A DNA stretch of 37,406 nt from a virus (Duplodnaviria; Heunggongvirae; Uroviricota; Caudoviricetes): the IMG/VR virus record IMGVR_UViG_2778261667_000012, positions 1 to 37,406 of that record; one strand, written 5' to 3'. The stretch's first letter is position 1. Each line of letters begins with the position of its first letter. Shown in pieces: positions 7,796 to 16,965 of the stretch. The notes below the pieces were generated by a model. The model did not search any database, was not told where the DNA came from, and saw only the letters and a program-made list of their open reading frames with translations. The translations under genes and the position numbers were made by a program.

Positions 7796-10618
7796 ATGAC
7801 GACAGAGTACATCAGGGACTGGCAACAACCGCGCCACGCAGTAGGACGTGAAGGAACGGAGATCCCCGCACCTGAATCCGCACTTTCCTCCTGGCTGGAT
7901 GCCTACCGGGCAGAGAACGAACGCCGCCAGGAAATGGCTGATGCGGCGTTCTCCGCCACACCGCTGGGCAACCTGATTAATAAAAGCCTGGACGCACAGG
8001 AAAAACAGGACAAAACCATCACACTGGCAGGAGACACCAGAAAGCAGGCACGCGGCGCGGTGGATGAAGCCATGGCCTCGCTGCGCCTGCTGCCGTCCTA
8101 TCTGCGCGATCCGCTTATTCGCCACCTCTCCTTCCTGCGCAAAAAACAGGAAGCTGATCGCCGGAAAGGCAAAAAGAGCTGGCAGGCTGAACGCTACGCG
8201 CGCGGAACCCTGCGCAAAATATTCGAACGCCTGGACCGCACCGACCACCGCTGGCTGACACCGGGTTATCGCTCCCTTGCCGGACACGAACGCCTGGATG
8301 ATTTGCTTTACCTCCCGCAGCTCAACAAACACCAGATACAGACGCTGGCCACCATGACGGCGGCGATGTTCAGCAGCACCTTCGAAAAACTCTGCGATGG
8401 CTTTGGCGCGACTGATGGCGAGCTGACCATGGATGTAACGCTGAAGGCGTATCAGATGCTGGCCCGCATGGCGTTACACCTGCACGCCATGCCTCCGCAT
8501 TATGACGCACTGACAACAGACAAAGACCGGAGGAACGAACCGGACACAGAACTGCTGCCGGGTGCAATCCTTCGCCTGACCTGTGCGGAATGGTGGAAAC
8601 GCAAACTGTGGCTGTTACGTTGCGAGTGGAGAGAAGAACAACTCCGCGCCGCCTGTCTGGTTTCCAGAAAAACATCGCCTTATCTGAGCCAGGACGCGTT
8701 AAGTGAGTTTCGCGCACAGCGCGAGAAAACACGCGATTTCCTGAAAAGTTTCATGCTGGAAAACGAAGACGGGTTCACGATTGATCTCGAGACAGTGTAT
8801 TACGCAGGAGTAAGTAACCCGGTTCACCGTAAGGCAGAAATGATGGCCACCATGAAGGGGCTGGAACTTCTGGCCGAAGCCCGTGGCGACAAAGCGGTGT
8901 TTCTGACTGTCACCTGCCCGTCAAAATACCACGCCACAACAGAGAACGGTCATCCGAATCCCAAATGGAACGGGGCCACCATGCGCGACTCCAGCGATTA
9001 CCTGGTTAACACGTTTTTTGCGGCGGTCCGCAAAAAACTGAACCGCGACGGCCTGCGCTGGTATGGCATCCGCACGGTGGAGCCTCACCATGACGGCACC
9101 GTGCACTGGCATATGATGGTCTTTGCTCATCCGGAAGAAATCGACGGCATCGTGGCCATCACCCGCGATATTGCCATTCAGGAAGACCGCCACGAGCTGG
9201 GTGATGACATAACTCCGCGTTTTAAGGCGGAGTACGTCGACGGCTCAAAAGGCACGCCAACCAGCTACATCGCCACCTACATCGGAAAGAACCTGGACAG
9301 CCGCGCCGTGGATGGCATCGACCCGAAAACGGGCAAGCCACGCGTTGACCACGAAACTGGAAAATCAATGACCGAGAGCGTGGAGCGCGCCATCGGCTGG
9401 GCGCGCCTTCACCGTGTCCGCCAGTTCCAGTTCTTTGGTATCCCCTCCCGTCAGGTGTGGCGTGAACTGCGCCGCCTTGCCAGCCAGATGGCACGCAACC
9501 CGGAAGGCCCACAACGGCTGAAGGATGATGCAATGGATGCGGTACTCGCTGCCGCTGATGCCGGGTGTTTTGCCACCTACATTGAAAAACAGGGCGGCGT
9601 ACTTGTTCCACGCAAGGACTACCTGATTCGCACCGCCTACGACCTCGCAGATGAGCTGAACGATTACGGCGAACAGAGCGTACAGATTTACGGGATCTGG
9701 TCGCCGCTCATCGGGGAATCCTCCCGCGTGTGCACGCACCCGGATAACTGGAAACTGGTAAGACGTAAACCTGAAGCAGAAGACAGCGTCCGCGAAAATG
9801 GTTTTGACCTTCAGGGCGGCCCTGCCGCCCCTTGGACTCGTGGCAATAACTGTCCCCGTGTACAGGAAACGGACAACAACGGGACAGAACAGCCGGAAGA
9901 ACGGCCAGCACCGTGGCCGCAGCTTCCTGACGGCGTTGATGTGGATGAATGGATGCGCTCACTGAAACGGCACAAACGCCGGGCGCTGATGCGTTCGCTG
10001 CGTGACAAACAGGCAAAAAACAGCAGTGATGAAATGCAGAACTGGTCACAGAGCCGCAAACAGCCACAGCCTTTGCCTGATAACCACGAGTTACTCGCTA
10101 AAGAATGGCGGGAATCTGCCGAATCTCTCGGCCTGCATATCGGTGAACAGCAGATGCAGCACCTGTTACGGGGCGGCAGCCTGTACGTTGACGGCAGCAT
10201 CATTGCACCGCAGGGATATGAAATTGTACGTAAACCGGATACCCGCCAGGACAGCCGAATCACGCAGCTCTGGCAACGCCTGAGCCGTAACCACGGCGTA
10301 AGCAGCACGGAGATCCGCCATAACCCGGTCGCCAGCTATCTGGAACAACTAGGGGCATCAGACCCTGAAGCCGCCGCACGCCTGGCATCCACACTTCAGC
10401 AAGACCAGAACACCATGAAAACCCCCGTTACCGTGCTTTCTGACATGCTGCGCGCCATCCGCGACGCAGAGCACGCACAGAGAATCAGTGAAACCACTGA
10501 ACGCGCCCACCGCAAAGCAGACCTGCTGCGGGGTAGCCTGACCAGTGGAAACAAAAAACAGACAGAAACGGGATTCACAAATCCCGTAAATGAGCAAAAA
10601 ACGTGCCGCGATATATGA
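7796..10618 (+). CDS. Replication initiation endonuclease (P2 gpA-like, rolling-circle)
   Basis: 940-aa ORF at the end of the early operon. Contains a VHWHMMVF HUH-type motif, and overall it matches the P2/186 A family as recalled; it has a C-terminal extension relative to P2 A. Confidence 0.8.
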   Translation: MTTEYIRDWQQPRHAVGREGTEIPAPESALSSWLDAYRAENERRQEMADAAFSATPLGNLINKSLDAQEKQDKTITLAGDTRKQARGAVDEAMASLRLLPSYLRDPLIRHLSFLRKKQEADRRKGKKSWQAERYARGTLRKIFERLDRTDHRWLTPGYRSLAGHERLDDLLYLPQLNKHQIQTLATMTAAMFSSTFEKLCDGFGATDGELTMDVTLKAYQMLARMALHLHAMPPHYDALTTDKDRRNEPDTELLPGAILRLTCAEWWKRKLWLLRCEWREEQLRAACLVSRKTSPYLSQDALSEFRAQREKTRDFLKSFMLENEDGFTIDLETVYYAGVSNPVHRKAEMMATMKGLELLAEARGDKAVFLTVTCPSKYHATTENGHPNPKWNGATMRDSSDYLVNTFFAAVRKKLNRDGLRWYGIRTVEPHHDGTVHWHMMVFAHPEEIDGIVAITRDIAIQEDRHELGDDITPRFKAEYVDGSKGTPTSYIATYIGKNLDSRAVDGIDPKTGKPRVDHETGKSMTESVERAIGWARLHRVRQFQFFGIPSRQVWRELRRLASQMARNPEGPQRLKDDAMDAVLAAADAGCFATYIEKQGGVLVPRKDYLIRTAYDLADELNDYGEQSVQIYGIWSPLIGESSRVCTHPDNWKLVRRKPEAEDSVRENGFDLQGGPAAPWTRGNNCPRVQETDNNGTEQPEERPAPWPQLPDGVDVDEWMRSLKRHKRRALMRSLRDKQAKNSSDEMQNWSQSRKQPQPLPDNHELLAKEWRESAESLGLHIGEQQMQHLLRGGSLYVDGSIIAPQGYEIVRKPDTRQDSRITQLWQRLSRNHGVSSTEIRHNPVASYLEQLGASDPEAAARLASTLQQDQNTMKTPVTVLSDMLRAIRDAEHAQRISETTERAHRKADLLRGSLTSGNKKQTETGFTNPVNEQKTCRDI

Positions 10619-10663
10619 AGCGCGCACAAAACAGGCAAAAGCGGGATTTAAAAATCCTGTAAA
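10566..10663. promoter_or_regulatory. Two palindromic about 25-bp repeats upstream of parM; candidate parC-like centromere/operator
   Basis: aaacgggattcacaaatcccgtaaa (10566-10590) and aaagcgggatttaaaaatcctgtaaa (10638-10663), each with a gggatt/aatccc dyad; read directly. Confidence 0.35.
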
Positions 10664-10694
10664 CAATTAATTAATCAACATAAGGAAAAGCGAC

Positions 10695-11654
10695 ATGAAA
10701 ATTTGTATCGACGACGGCTCCACCAACATCAAGCTGGCATGGACTGAGAACGGCGAACGCCGCAACGCCATCAGCCCGAACAGCTTCAAGTCGGAATGGT
10801 CTGCGCCGTTCGGTGGCACGCAGCCCGCGAACTACATGCTTGATGGCGTGCGCTATGGTTTTGATCCGGTCAGCGACCGCTTTGTCCAGACGACCGACAC
10901 GCAATACCAGTACAGCGATGTGAATGTCATTGCCATTCATCATGCGCTGGTCAAATCAGGCATCACGCCACAGGAGGTGGATGTGGTTGTCACCCTGCCA
11001 CTGAGCGAGTATTTCGACACAAACGCACAGCCGGACATGGCCAACATCAACCGCAAAAAAGCGAACGTTATGCGCCCGGTGGAGTACCAGAACGGCGAGG
11101 CATTCACTATCCGTAACGTGCGGGTTATGCCTGAATCCATTCCGGCTGGCTTTAAAGCACTGGCTGACATGAGTCCGTTTGAATCCCTGCTGATTGTGGA
11201 TTTAGGCGGAACCACGCTGGATGTGGCAAAGGTTCAGGGACAACTGGCAGGTATCAGCCAGGTGTTTTGCGATCCACACGTAGGCGTTTCCCTGATGGCC
11301 GATGCCGTGCTGTCGGTGATGGGCACTAACGGTATGCGCACCAGTCACCACATCGCCAATACCATTATCGAACATCGCCATGATGAAGCCTGGCTGCGCC
11401 AGCACATCCACAATGACGCGCATTACGACAGCCTGATGGCGGTTATTCGTGAAAAGGAAGAAACACTGAAACAACGTGTGATCCGTGCGCTGGCTGGTTT
11501 TTCCGGTTACGGGCGGGTGATGGTTGTCGGTGGAGGGGCGGAGATTGTGGCACCCGCTATCCGCGAAGCCTGCGGAGTTAATGCGACTTTCATCGCGGAC
11601 GGGGTGCCACAGTTTGCTCTGGTTAATGGGCTGTACGCAATGGATAAGGAGTAA
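10695..11654 (+). CDS. parM: Actin-like plasmid segregation ATPase ParM/StbA
   Basis: 319-aa ORF. N-terminus MKICIDDGSTNIKLAW… and motifs …QYSDVNV…, …VMPESIPAG…, …LIVDLGGTTLD…, …VMVVGGGAE… match R1 ParM closely as recalled. Confidence 0.9.
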   Translation: MKICIDDGSTNIKLAWTENGERRNAISPNSFKSEWSAPFGGTQPANYMLDGVRYGFDPVSDRFVQTTDTQYQYSDVNVIAIHHALVKSGITPQEVDVVVTLPLSEYFDTNAQPDMANINRKKANVMRPVEYQNGEAFTIRNVRVMPESIPAGFKALADMSPFESLLIVDLGGTTLDVAKVQGQLAGISQVFCDPHVGVSLMADAVLSVMGTNGMRTSHHIANTIIEHRHDEAWLRQHIHNDAHYDSLMAVIREKEETLKQRVIRALAGFSGYGRVMVVGGGAEIVAPAIREACGVNATFIADGVPQFALVNGLYAMDKE

Positions 11655-11658
11655 ATCA

Positions 11659-11973
11659 ATGACGACACCAACCAGACGAATAAGTTTCTATCTGAAGCCC
11701 GCCGTCGTCAAGAGCGAACGGGAGGCGTGCAGTTACCTCGACAGCCTGCCAGCCTCCGAACGCAGCCGTGCACAACGCGCGGCCTTTCTGGCGGGACTGG
11801 CACTCATAAAACGCGCCCCCGCACTGGCGTACTCGCTGGCAGAATGGTCGAGCGATGAAATCCGGTTACCCCCACAGCTGGCGCTCCCGGAGAAACCGGC
11901 ACAACCAGCAACGAAGAACGACAACGCTGCACAGCAGATGAAAAAGAACATTCAGGCTTTTTTTCCTGAGTAG
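11659..11973 (+). CDS. parR: ParR-like centromere-binding protein (start revised from the track's 11524)
   Basis: ATG at 11659 with an AAGGA RBS, 4 nt after the parM stop. …SLPASERSRAQRAAFLAGLAL… resembles the R1 ParR ribbon-helix-helix region as recalled. Confidence 0.7.
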   Translation: MTTPTRRISFYLKPAVVKSEREACSYLDSLPASERSRAQRAAFLAGLALIKRAPALAYSLAEWSSDEIRLPPQLALPEKPAQPATKNDNAAQQMKKNIQAFFPE

Positions 11974-11982
11974 CAAAAAGAT

Positions 11983-12021
11983 AAACTCAACGAGGCGACA
12001 CGGAATCGCCTTGTTGAGTTT
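11983..12021. other. Strong hairpin (16-bp stem) between parR and the ClpX-ZBD gene
   Basis: aaactcaacgaggcga-cacggaa-tcgccttgttgagttt read directly; no T-tract after it, so terminator function is uncertain. Confidence 0.3.
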
Positions 12022-12044
12022 ATACACTGAAAGGGCTGTTGATA

Positions 12045-12416
12045 ATGAAAGAACTGAATAAAAGCAAAATTATATCCATCATTTCTGAAATGGAAGACAT
12101 TATTAATCGTGAAAACATGACATCAGAACAATTACTGAGTTGTGCAATTATTATTGATGAGCGCAATAAAAAAATTCAAAGACTGGCATCAGGGCGATCC
12201 CTGCGCCTGAAAGAGCAACACTTAACTTCATGCAATTCGCAATATCGGGACGGTAAAAAACTATATTGTTCATTTTGCGGAAAATACCAGACTGAAGTGG
12301 AGAGGCTCATTGCAGGGCCTTCTGTTTATATATGCGATGAATGTGTTGATTTGTGTGTGGATATTATTAATGAGGGCAAATCAGACGCCGGAGATAAAAA
12401 CAACAATACAAATTAA
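12045..12416 (+). CDS. Stand-alone ClpX N-terminal zinc-binding-domain protein with an unknown about 70-aa N-terminal domain
   Basis: C-terminal …[39 protein letters not shown]… is near-identical to the ClpX ZBD (Cys4 ligands present), but there is no AAA+ domain. The gene is markedly AT-rich. Start taken at the ATG at 12045 (the track's 12039 is a TTG). Confidence 0.7.
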   Translation: MKELNKSKIISIISEMEDIINRENMTSEQLLSCAIIIDERNKKIQRLASGRSLRLKEQHLTSCNSQYRDGKKLYCSFCGKYQTEVERLIAGPSVYICDECVDLCVDIINEGKSDAGDKNNNTN

Positions 12417-12421
12417 GAAAA

Positions 12422-12462
12422 CCCGGAACGGGTGCGCAAATTCTTTGCGCGCCCGTTCCGGG
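12422..12462. terminator. Intrinsic terminator hairpin, mainly for the minus-strand late transcript
   Basis: About 18-bp GC-rich stem (cccggaacgggtgcgcaaa / ttgcgcgcccgttccggg) with an A-tract on the plus side, giving a U-tract on the minus strand. Confidence 0.5.
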
Positions 12463-12699
12463 TTGGACAAGCGAAGCGCGTCAGTCGCCGTAGCAGGGTG
12501 AATCCACATCGCAAATACGTTTATCGCTGAATTTAAGTTCATCAAACATTGCTTCTCGCTTGCAGACTGTATTTAATATTTTGGGGGTTCAGAGGCGGCT
12601 CCCCAAAAAAGTTGATACCGCCTAGTTGGTCACTTCGTCGTCAGACTGGGACTCCAACCACGCCAACTGAGAGGTTGGCACAATCTTCTCCCAAAAAAG

Positions 12700-12960
12700 C
12701 TACGACCCCGTCTGCAACAATTCCAGCGCCATCTGTTTTTCTTCCGGACGCATCCGCTCAATCAACAGCTTTAACACACCATTCTCCAGCCCGCTGGGCA
12801 CCAGTGTGTGCGAGTAGGTCAGATTCATCACCCAGGTATGTCCGCACTCGAGACGGGTGCAACGGTAATACACATCAGCAAACTGATCGGTTTTCCAGGC
12901 TGTTTTCTCAATCACTGCATGTGCACCGCAGCAATGACACCGCGCCTTCTGTCTGCGCAT
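12700..12960 (-). CDS. ogr: Ogr/Delta-family zinc-finger late-gene activator (start taken at the internal Met)
   Basis: …CHCCGAHAV…YRCTRLECGHTW… has the Cys4 pattern and size (about 86 aa) of P2 Ogr-type activators. Here it lies downstream of the portal gene rather than near int. Confidence 0.65.
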   Translation of the reverse strand: MRRQKARCHCCGAHAVIEKTAWKTDQFADVYYRCTRLECGHTWVMNLTYSHTLVPSGLENGVLKLLIERMRPEEKQMALELLQTGS

Positions 12961-13025
12961 TTTCCACCTCCCGGAACAGCGTTTTACTGCCGCCGATTTT
13001 ACCCGCTCTTTCCCCATACCGCACA

Positions 13026-14060
13026 TCACTCCATGGGTTCATCAAAATCAAGAATAAATTTCACCTCCCCCAGTCGTCTGATATCCGGGTCGCTGTTGAT
13101 CCCCTCCATAATCAGGCGACGCATCGGGATAACCTCATCCCTGTAATATGCCTCGCGGGATTTCAGCGGATCACCAAGCCCGGCCGTATTTGCGGGGATG
13201 ATGCCGGCAAGTCCGGGTGGGAAACGGTGCGCAACGAGCTGATCCTGGGCACTGATGGTTTTTATATTCAGAAACTCATCTTTTGTACCTGAATCCCCGA
13301 TAGGGATCACCTTAACGCCTTCTTTGTCTCCGCCCGGTATATTGATAAACATGGATTTAAAATTGCCCGCCCCTTTTGACGCCTCTATCTTTTTACGGAA
13401 TTCCGCCTCGAGCTCGGGATCCATGTCCGGGTCAGTGGAATACAGGATATAACCAAGATGTGCGCCGTTCTTGTAATACTTGCGGCGAAAGCGGGTGGCA
13501 TCCACATTCAGCATGGCGGATTCCATCCCGTGAATATAATCCGGGACACCGTAAACCTGCTGTTGCGGGTCATAAATGGCCACGAACACCACTTCGCCTG
13601 GCTGATAAACGAGATCTTCCAGTGCTGCCTGCACAATCACCGTGCCACCCTCGTTGTTACGCCGCAGGTACAGAGAAGGTAACGTATGCAGGCGCACCAC
13701 TCGACCGAAGCCATTGCGCACTTTAAGCAACCCCATATCCCCGAATATCAGCAGATTGGTTACTGCTGCCGCCATGGCGGCGTGTGTCATACCACCACCA
13801 CCCCGAAAACCCTGCATGATCATATTGACGCGCGCACGCAATACCGCGCCGTGATACGGTGCGATATTGGACAACATGGCGAGATCCATGCGCTCAATTG
13901 GCGGCGTGTACCAGCCGTTATAGCCATCCCAGAGCGAGCCGTAATAACAGCCCCATGCAGCGACCGGTTCCGGGTCACCAAATTCAATAAACGTCATTTT
14001 GCTGGCTGTTTTTTTTGCCACGCCATCGTGTAACACGGGGTATTTTTTCTTTTTACTCAT
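13026..14060 (-). CDS. Portal protein (P2 gpQ-like)
   Basis: 344-aa ORF, the same length as P2 Q, adjacent to and overlapping the large terminase gene. Confidence 0.85.
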   Translation of the reverse strand: MSKKKKYPVLHDGVAKKTASKMTFIEFGDPEPVAAWGCYYGSLWDGYNGWYTPPIERMDLAMLSNIAPYHGAVLRARVNMIMQGFRGGGGMTHAAMAAAVTNLLIFGDMGLLKVRNGFGRVVRLHTLPSLYLRRNNEGGTVIVQAALEDLVYQPGEVVFVAIYDPQQQVYGVPDYIHGMESAMLNVDATRFRRKYYKNGAHLGYILYSTDPDMDPELEAEFRKKIEASKGAGNFKSMFINIPGGDKEGVKVIPIGDSGTKDEFLNIKTISAQDQLVAHRFPPGLAGIIPANTAGLGDPLKSREAYYRDEVIPMRRLIMEGINSDPDIRRLGEVKFILDFDEPME

Positions 14061-15840
14061 CTGACAGGATCCATGTTGATTTGCGCTTGTGCTTATAGTT
14101 CAGGGGTTCATTACTTGCGGCATGAGCGATGGCAAAGAAGATGTCAGCGTGCCCGGTTTCTTCGCTACGTTCGGCGGTGAAAGTGACTTTATTGCCACTG
14201 TTGGTGGATTCCTGACGAATGGCCAGGAACGATGCCGGAATGTCCGTGGCTTCCTCATCCCACTCAATACGGTTGGCGTAAATCAGATCCAGCATCTTCA
14301 TCACCAGGCGGTTTTTGGATTCCACGCTGTAATGAATGGCCACTGTTTCACGGCGGGCAAATCCCTGAACCAGCTCAAAGACACCGTAGCCAAGACCGGT
14401 GACATCAATGCCGATAAACGTCATGTTATAGCGTGCCTTAATGCTGCGGATACGCTCTGCCATAAACTGGAATGACATGCTGCGCCAGTGGTGTTTTTCC
14501 AGCACGCGGAATCGTTCTGCCGCAACCAGCGGCGGTGCCAGCACAACAAATGTGGCGTTATCGCCGGAGCGCGCAGGGTCAAAGCCGCCCCACACCTCAC
14601 GGTTACCAAACGGCATGGGCTCTTCCGGGTGAAAATCCTCCCACGTACTGACATCAACACCACAACGCACAAGATCATCGAATTTAAAGACGCTCTCTTT
14701 GTCATCCACAAACACACACATAAACAGCATATTGAACGCTGTTTCGTTGTATCGCTCGCGCAGCTCGTTGATATCAGCAAGGTTAAAGCCGCCGGCAATG
14801 GCATCTTCCAGCGTAACCACATAGCGCCACTGACCATCCGGACATTCACGCCCGCCATCGCGCAGCTCATCAAAGGATGGAAACTCAACCCCTTTTCGTT
14901 TCGGATCGCCTTTGCGCCATTCATCGCCAGACCAGAACGGGTAACCCTGGTGTGTTTTGGATGACGGCGTGGAGAAATAGGTAATGCGCCAGTGTTTATG
15001 GGTGGCCATCCCTGATGCCACTTCATTGAGACGGCGAAAACCGGGGATCCACAGGTATTCATCAATATACAGGTGGCCGCTGTTTGACTGCGCTGTGTTA
15101 CTGTTGGTCGCCAGAAAATACAGTTCAGCCAGGTTGCTTAACTTAACCGGATTGCCTTTAATAGGAATGCCAAACTCTGTTTGTGCAATTTTTACAATAT
15201 AAGTACGGAACACTTCGGCCTGACGTTTTGATGCCGATAAAAATATCTGTGTGTCGCCGGTTAATACCGCATCTTCAAACGCCTCAAACGCGAAGTAATA
15301 CGTCGCCCCAATCTGGCGGGATTTAAGCAGATTGCGTACACGGCGGAATTTGTTTTCACGCAGGCGCAACTGATAAGCAAACAGTTTCTTCGTAAACGGC
15401 TCAAAACTTTCAGCAGTCAGTCCGGAAACGTCATTAGCTTTACGGGGGCGCTCTTTCTTGCCTGCACCTTTTTCTCCGCGTTCTTCTTTTCCATAACGGC
15501 CAGGCTGGGGAATGTCCACTCCCATTCGCGCAATCTCAGCCATTCGTTCCGTGTGCTTGTTTCTGACCGACATCAGTTTGACGTGATGACCAATCAGGCG
15601 ATCGAGCTCATCGTGTTCTTCCTGGGTCTTATGGTCACGTTCCGCCAGTACAGCGAGACGCCGGGCGATAACATCTTCCACGCCTTCCGTATTGAGCTGC
15701 GTGTACCACTCAAACTTTGTCGCCCAGTAATAAACAATTCGCGGGCTGTTCAGTCCGAGTTTCTTTTGTATTTCTTTTGGTGTGTGCCTTTTCAGATAGA
15801 GCGATTTTGCAGCAGCAATTACCTCATCAGAATACGCCAT
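14053..15840 (-). CDS. Terminase ATPase/large subunit (P2 gpP-like)
   Basis: 595-aa ORF, divergent from the scaffold gene as in P2; size and order match P2 P. Confidence 0.85.
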   Translation of the reverse strand: MAYSDEVIAAAKSLYLKRHTPKEIQKKLGLNSPRIVYYWATKFEWYTQLNTEGVEDVIARRLAVLAERDHKTQEEHDELDRLIGHHVKLMSVRNKHTERMAEIARMGVDIPQPGRYGKEERGEKGAGKKERPRKANDVSGLTAESFEPFTKKLFAYQLRLRENKFRRVRNLLKSRQIGATYYFAFEAFEDAVLTGDTQIFLSASKRQAEVFRTYIVKIAQTEFGIPIKGNPVKLSNLAELYFLATNSNTAQSNSGHLYIDEYLWIPGFRRLNEVASGMATHKHWRITYFSTPSSKTHQGYPFWSGDEWRKGDPKRKGVEFPSFDELRDGGRECPDGQWRYVVTLEDAIAGGFNLADINELRERYNETAFNMLFMCVFVDDKESVFKFDDLVRCGVDVSTWEDFHPEEPMPFGNREVWGGFDPARSGDNATFVVLAPPLVAAERFRVLEKHHWRSMSFQFMAERIRSIKARYNMTFIGIDVTGLGYGVFELVQGFARRETVAIHYSVESKNRLVMKMLDLIYANRIEWDEEATDIPASFLAIRQESTNSGNKVTFTAERSEETGHADIFFAIAHAASNEPLNYKHKRKSTWILSDE

Positions 15841-16060
15841 AAAATACCTGTGATATTTGTTTCAACCTGTTTTCATCTTTTCTGGATTTTTCCCATAACG
15901 CCCCATTATTTGCCGCAGGATTTTTTTTAACGATTATCTGTTTTCGGTATTTTTCGGATATATGTGCATATCCGAAAGTACCGGAAATTAATCAGATGAC
16001 GACATTTTTATTTCTCCGTTAAATAACGCCAGTTTAATTTTTATCAGCGGGTTAATTCAG
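15841..16060. promoter_or_regulatory. Divergent late promoter region with a 10-bp-arm dyad (15952-15977)
   Basis: AT-rich intergenic region between the minus-strand terminase operon and the plus-strand head operon. Dyad tttcggatat-N6-atatccgaaa read directly; a candidate activator (Ogr-type) site. Confidence 0.4.
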
Positions 16061-16951
16061 ATGTCGAAACTGAAAACAGACTGGGTGGTCGTAGCCACTT
16101 CAGGCCCCACCATCGACGGTCGGGAAATTGATCCAAAGTGGCTTACGGATGCCGCCGAGGTTTATAACCCGGACGAACACACCGCCATGCTCTGGCCGTT
16201 TCATGCCAGCGCCGGCTGGCGTGCTTTCACCAATAACTATGGTCTTGTTGATGCACTGAAGGCGGAAAAAGTCGGTGATAAAGTGCAGCTGAAAGCCCGC
16301 CTGATACCCAACCGCTTTCTGACCGAAGCCAACGAGGCTGGACAAAAACTTTTCACCTCCATAGAGGTAAAGGAAAACTACCTGGGAACAGGCAAATTCT
16401 TTGTATCCGGTATCGCCGTGACTGACACACCGGCCAGCATCAACACCACCCGCCTGCAGTTTTCCCAGGGCGAAACCATTCGCATGGGAAGTATGGAAGA
16501 GCTTTGCTTCACATTACAGTCAGATGACGAGATAGCAAAAAAGGGGTGGTTCTCACGATTATTCTCATCCGAACCCTGCAAACAGGAAAACGATATGAAC
16601 GAAAAACAGTTCGGTCAGTTGATGGACGCCATCAACAAAACCGGCGAACGCCTGGAAAAACTGGAAGAAAACGTCGCGCAGTTCAGCGCGAAGAATGCCC
16701 CGAAAGATACCGGTGATAACAAGCCGGAAGGCAGCACCGGCGATCAGGGACAGGACAACGCAGAACAGAACAACAAGGACGACAAAACCTTCACGCTGAC
16801 CACCGGGCAGGGCGAAAAGCTGTTCTCCACAGTGAACGCCATCGCGGAGAAGGTTACCAGTATGGAAACCGCATTTGCTGAACTCAGCAAGGACGCCACG
16901 AAGCTGCCGGGCAACAATCCGGCCGGTGGCGAAACTTTTAACCTGGTGTAA
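16061..16951 (+). CDS. Capsid scaffolding protein (P2 gpO-like)
   Basis: 296-aa ORF, first gene of the rightward head operon, with an acidic/Gly-rich C-terminal half typical of scaffolds. Confidence 0.8.
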   Translation: MSKLKTDWVVVATSGPTIDGREIDPKWLTDAAEVYNPDEHTAMLWPFHASAGWRAFTNNYGLVDALKAEKVGDKVQLKARLIPNRFLTEANEAGQKLFTSIEVKENYLGTGKFFVSGIAVTDTPASINTTRLQFSQGETIRMGSMEELCFTLQSDDEIAKKGWFSRLFSSEPCKQENDMNEKQFGQLMDAINKTGERLEKLEENVAQFSAKNAPKDTGDNKPEGSTGDQGQDNAEQNNKDDKTFTLTTGQGEKLFSTVNAIAEKVTSMETAFAELSKDATKLPGNNPAGGETFNLV

Positions 16952-16965
16952 CCGGAGAGAACGCA

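Noticed and set aside
7259-8332. 357-aa minus-strand ORF
   Set aside because: It lies antisense to replication gene A and upstream early ORFs, with a low-complexity Ala/Gly/Cys-rich translation; a typical shadow ORF of a GC-rich coding strand.
12463-12699. Canonical P2/186 cos sequence
   Set aside because: Searched by eye for the GGCG(A/T)GGCGGGG-type motif on both strands in the expected region and did not find it; reported instead as an open question.
12549-13292. 247-aa plus-strand ORF
   Set aside because: Antisense to ogr and the portal 3' end; low-complexity translation.
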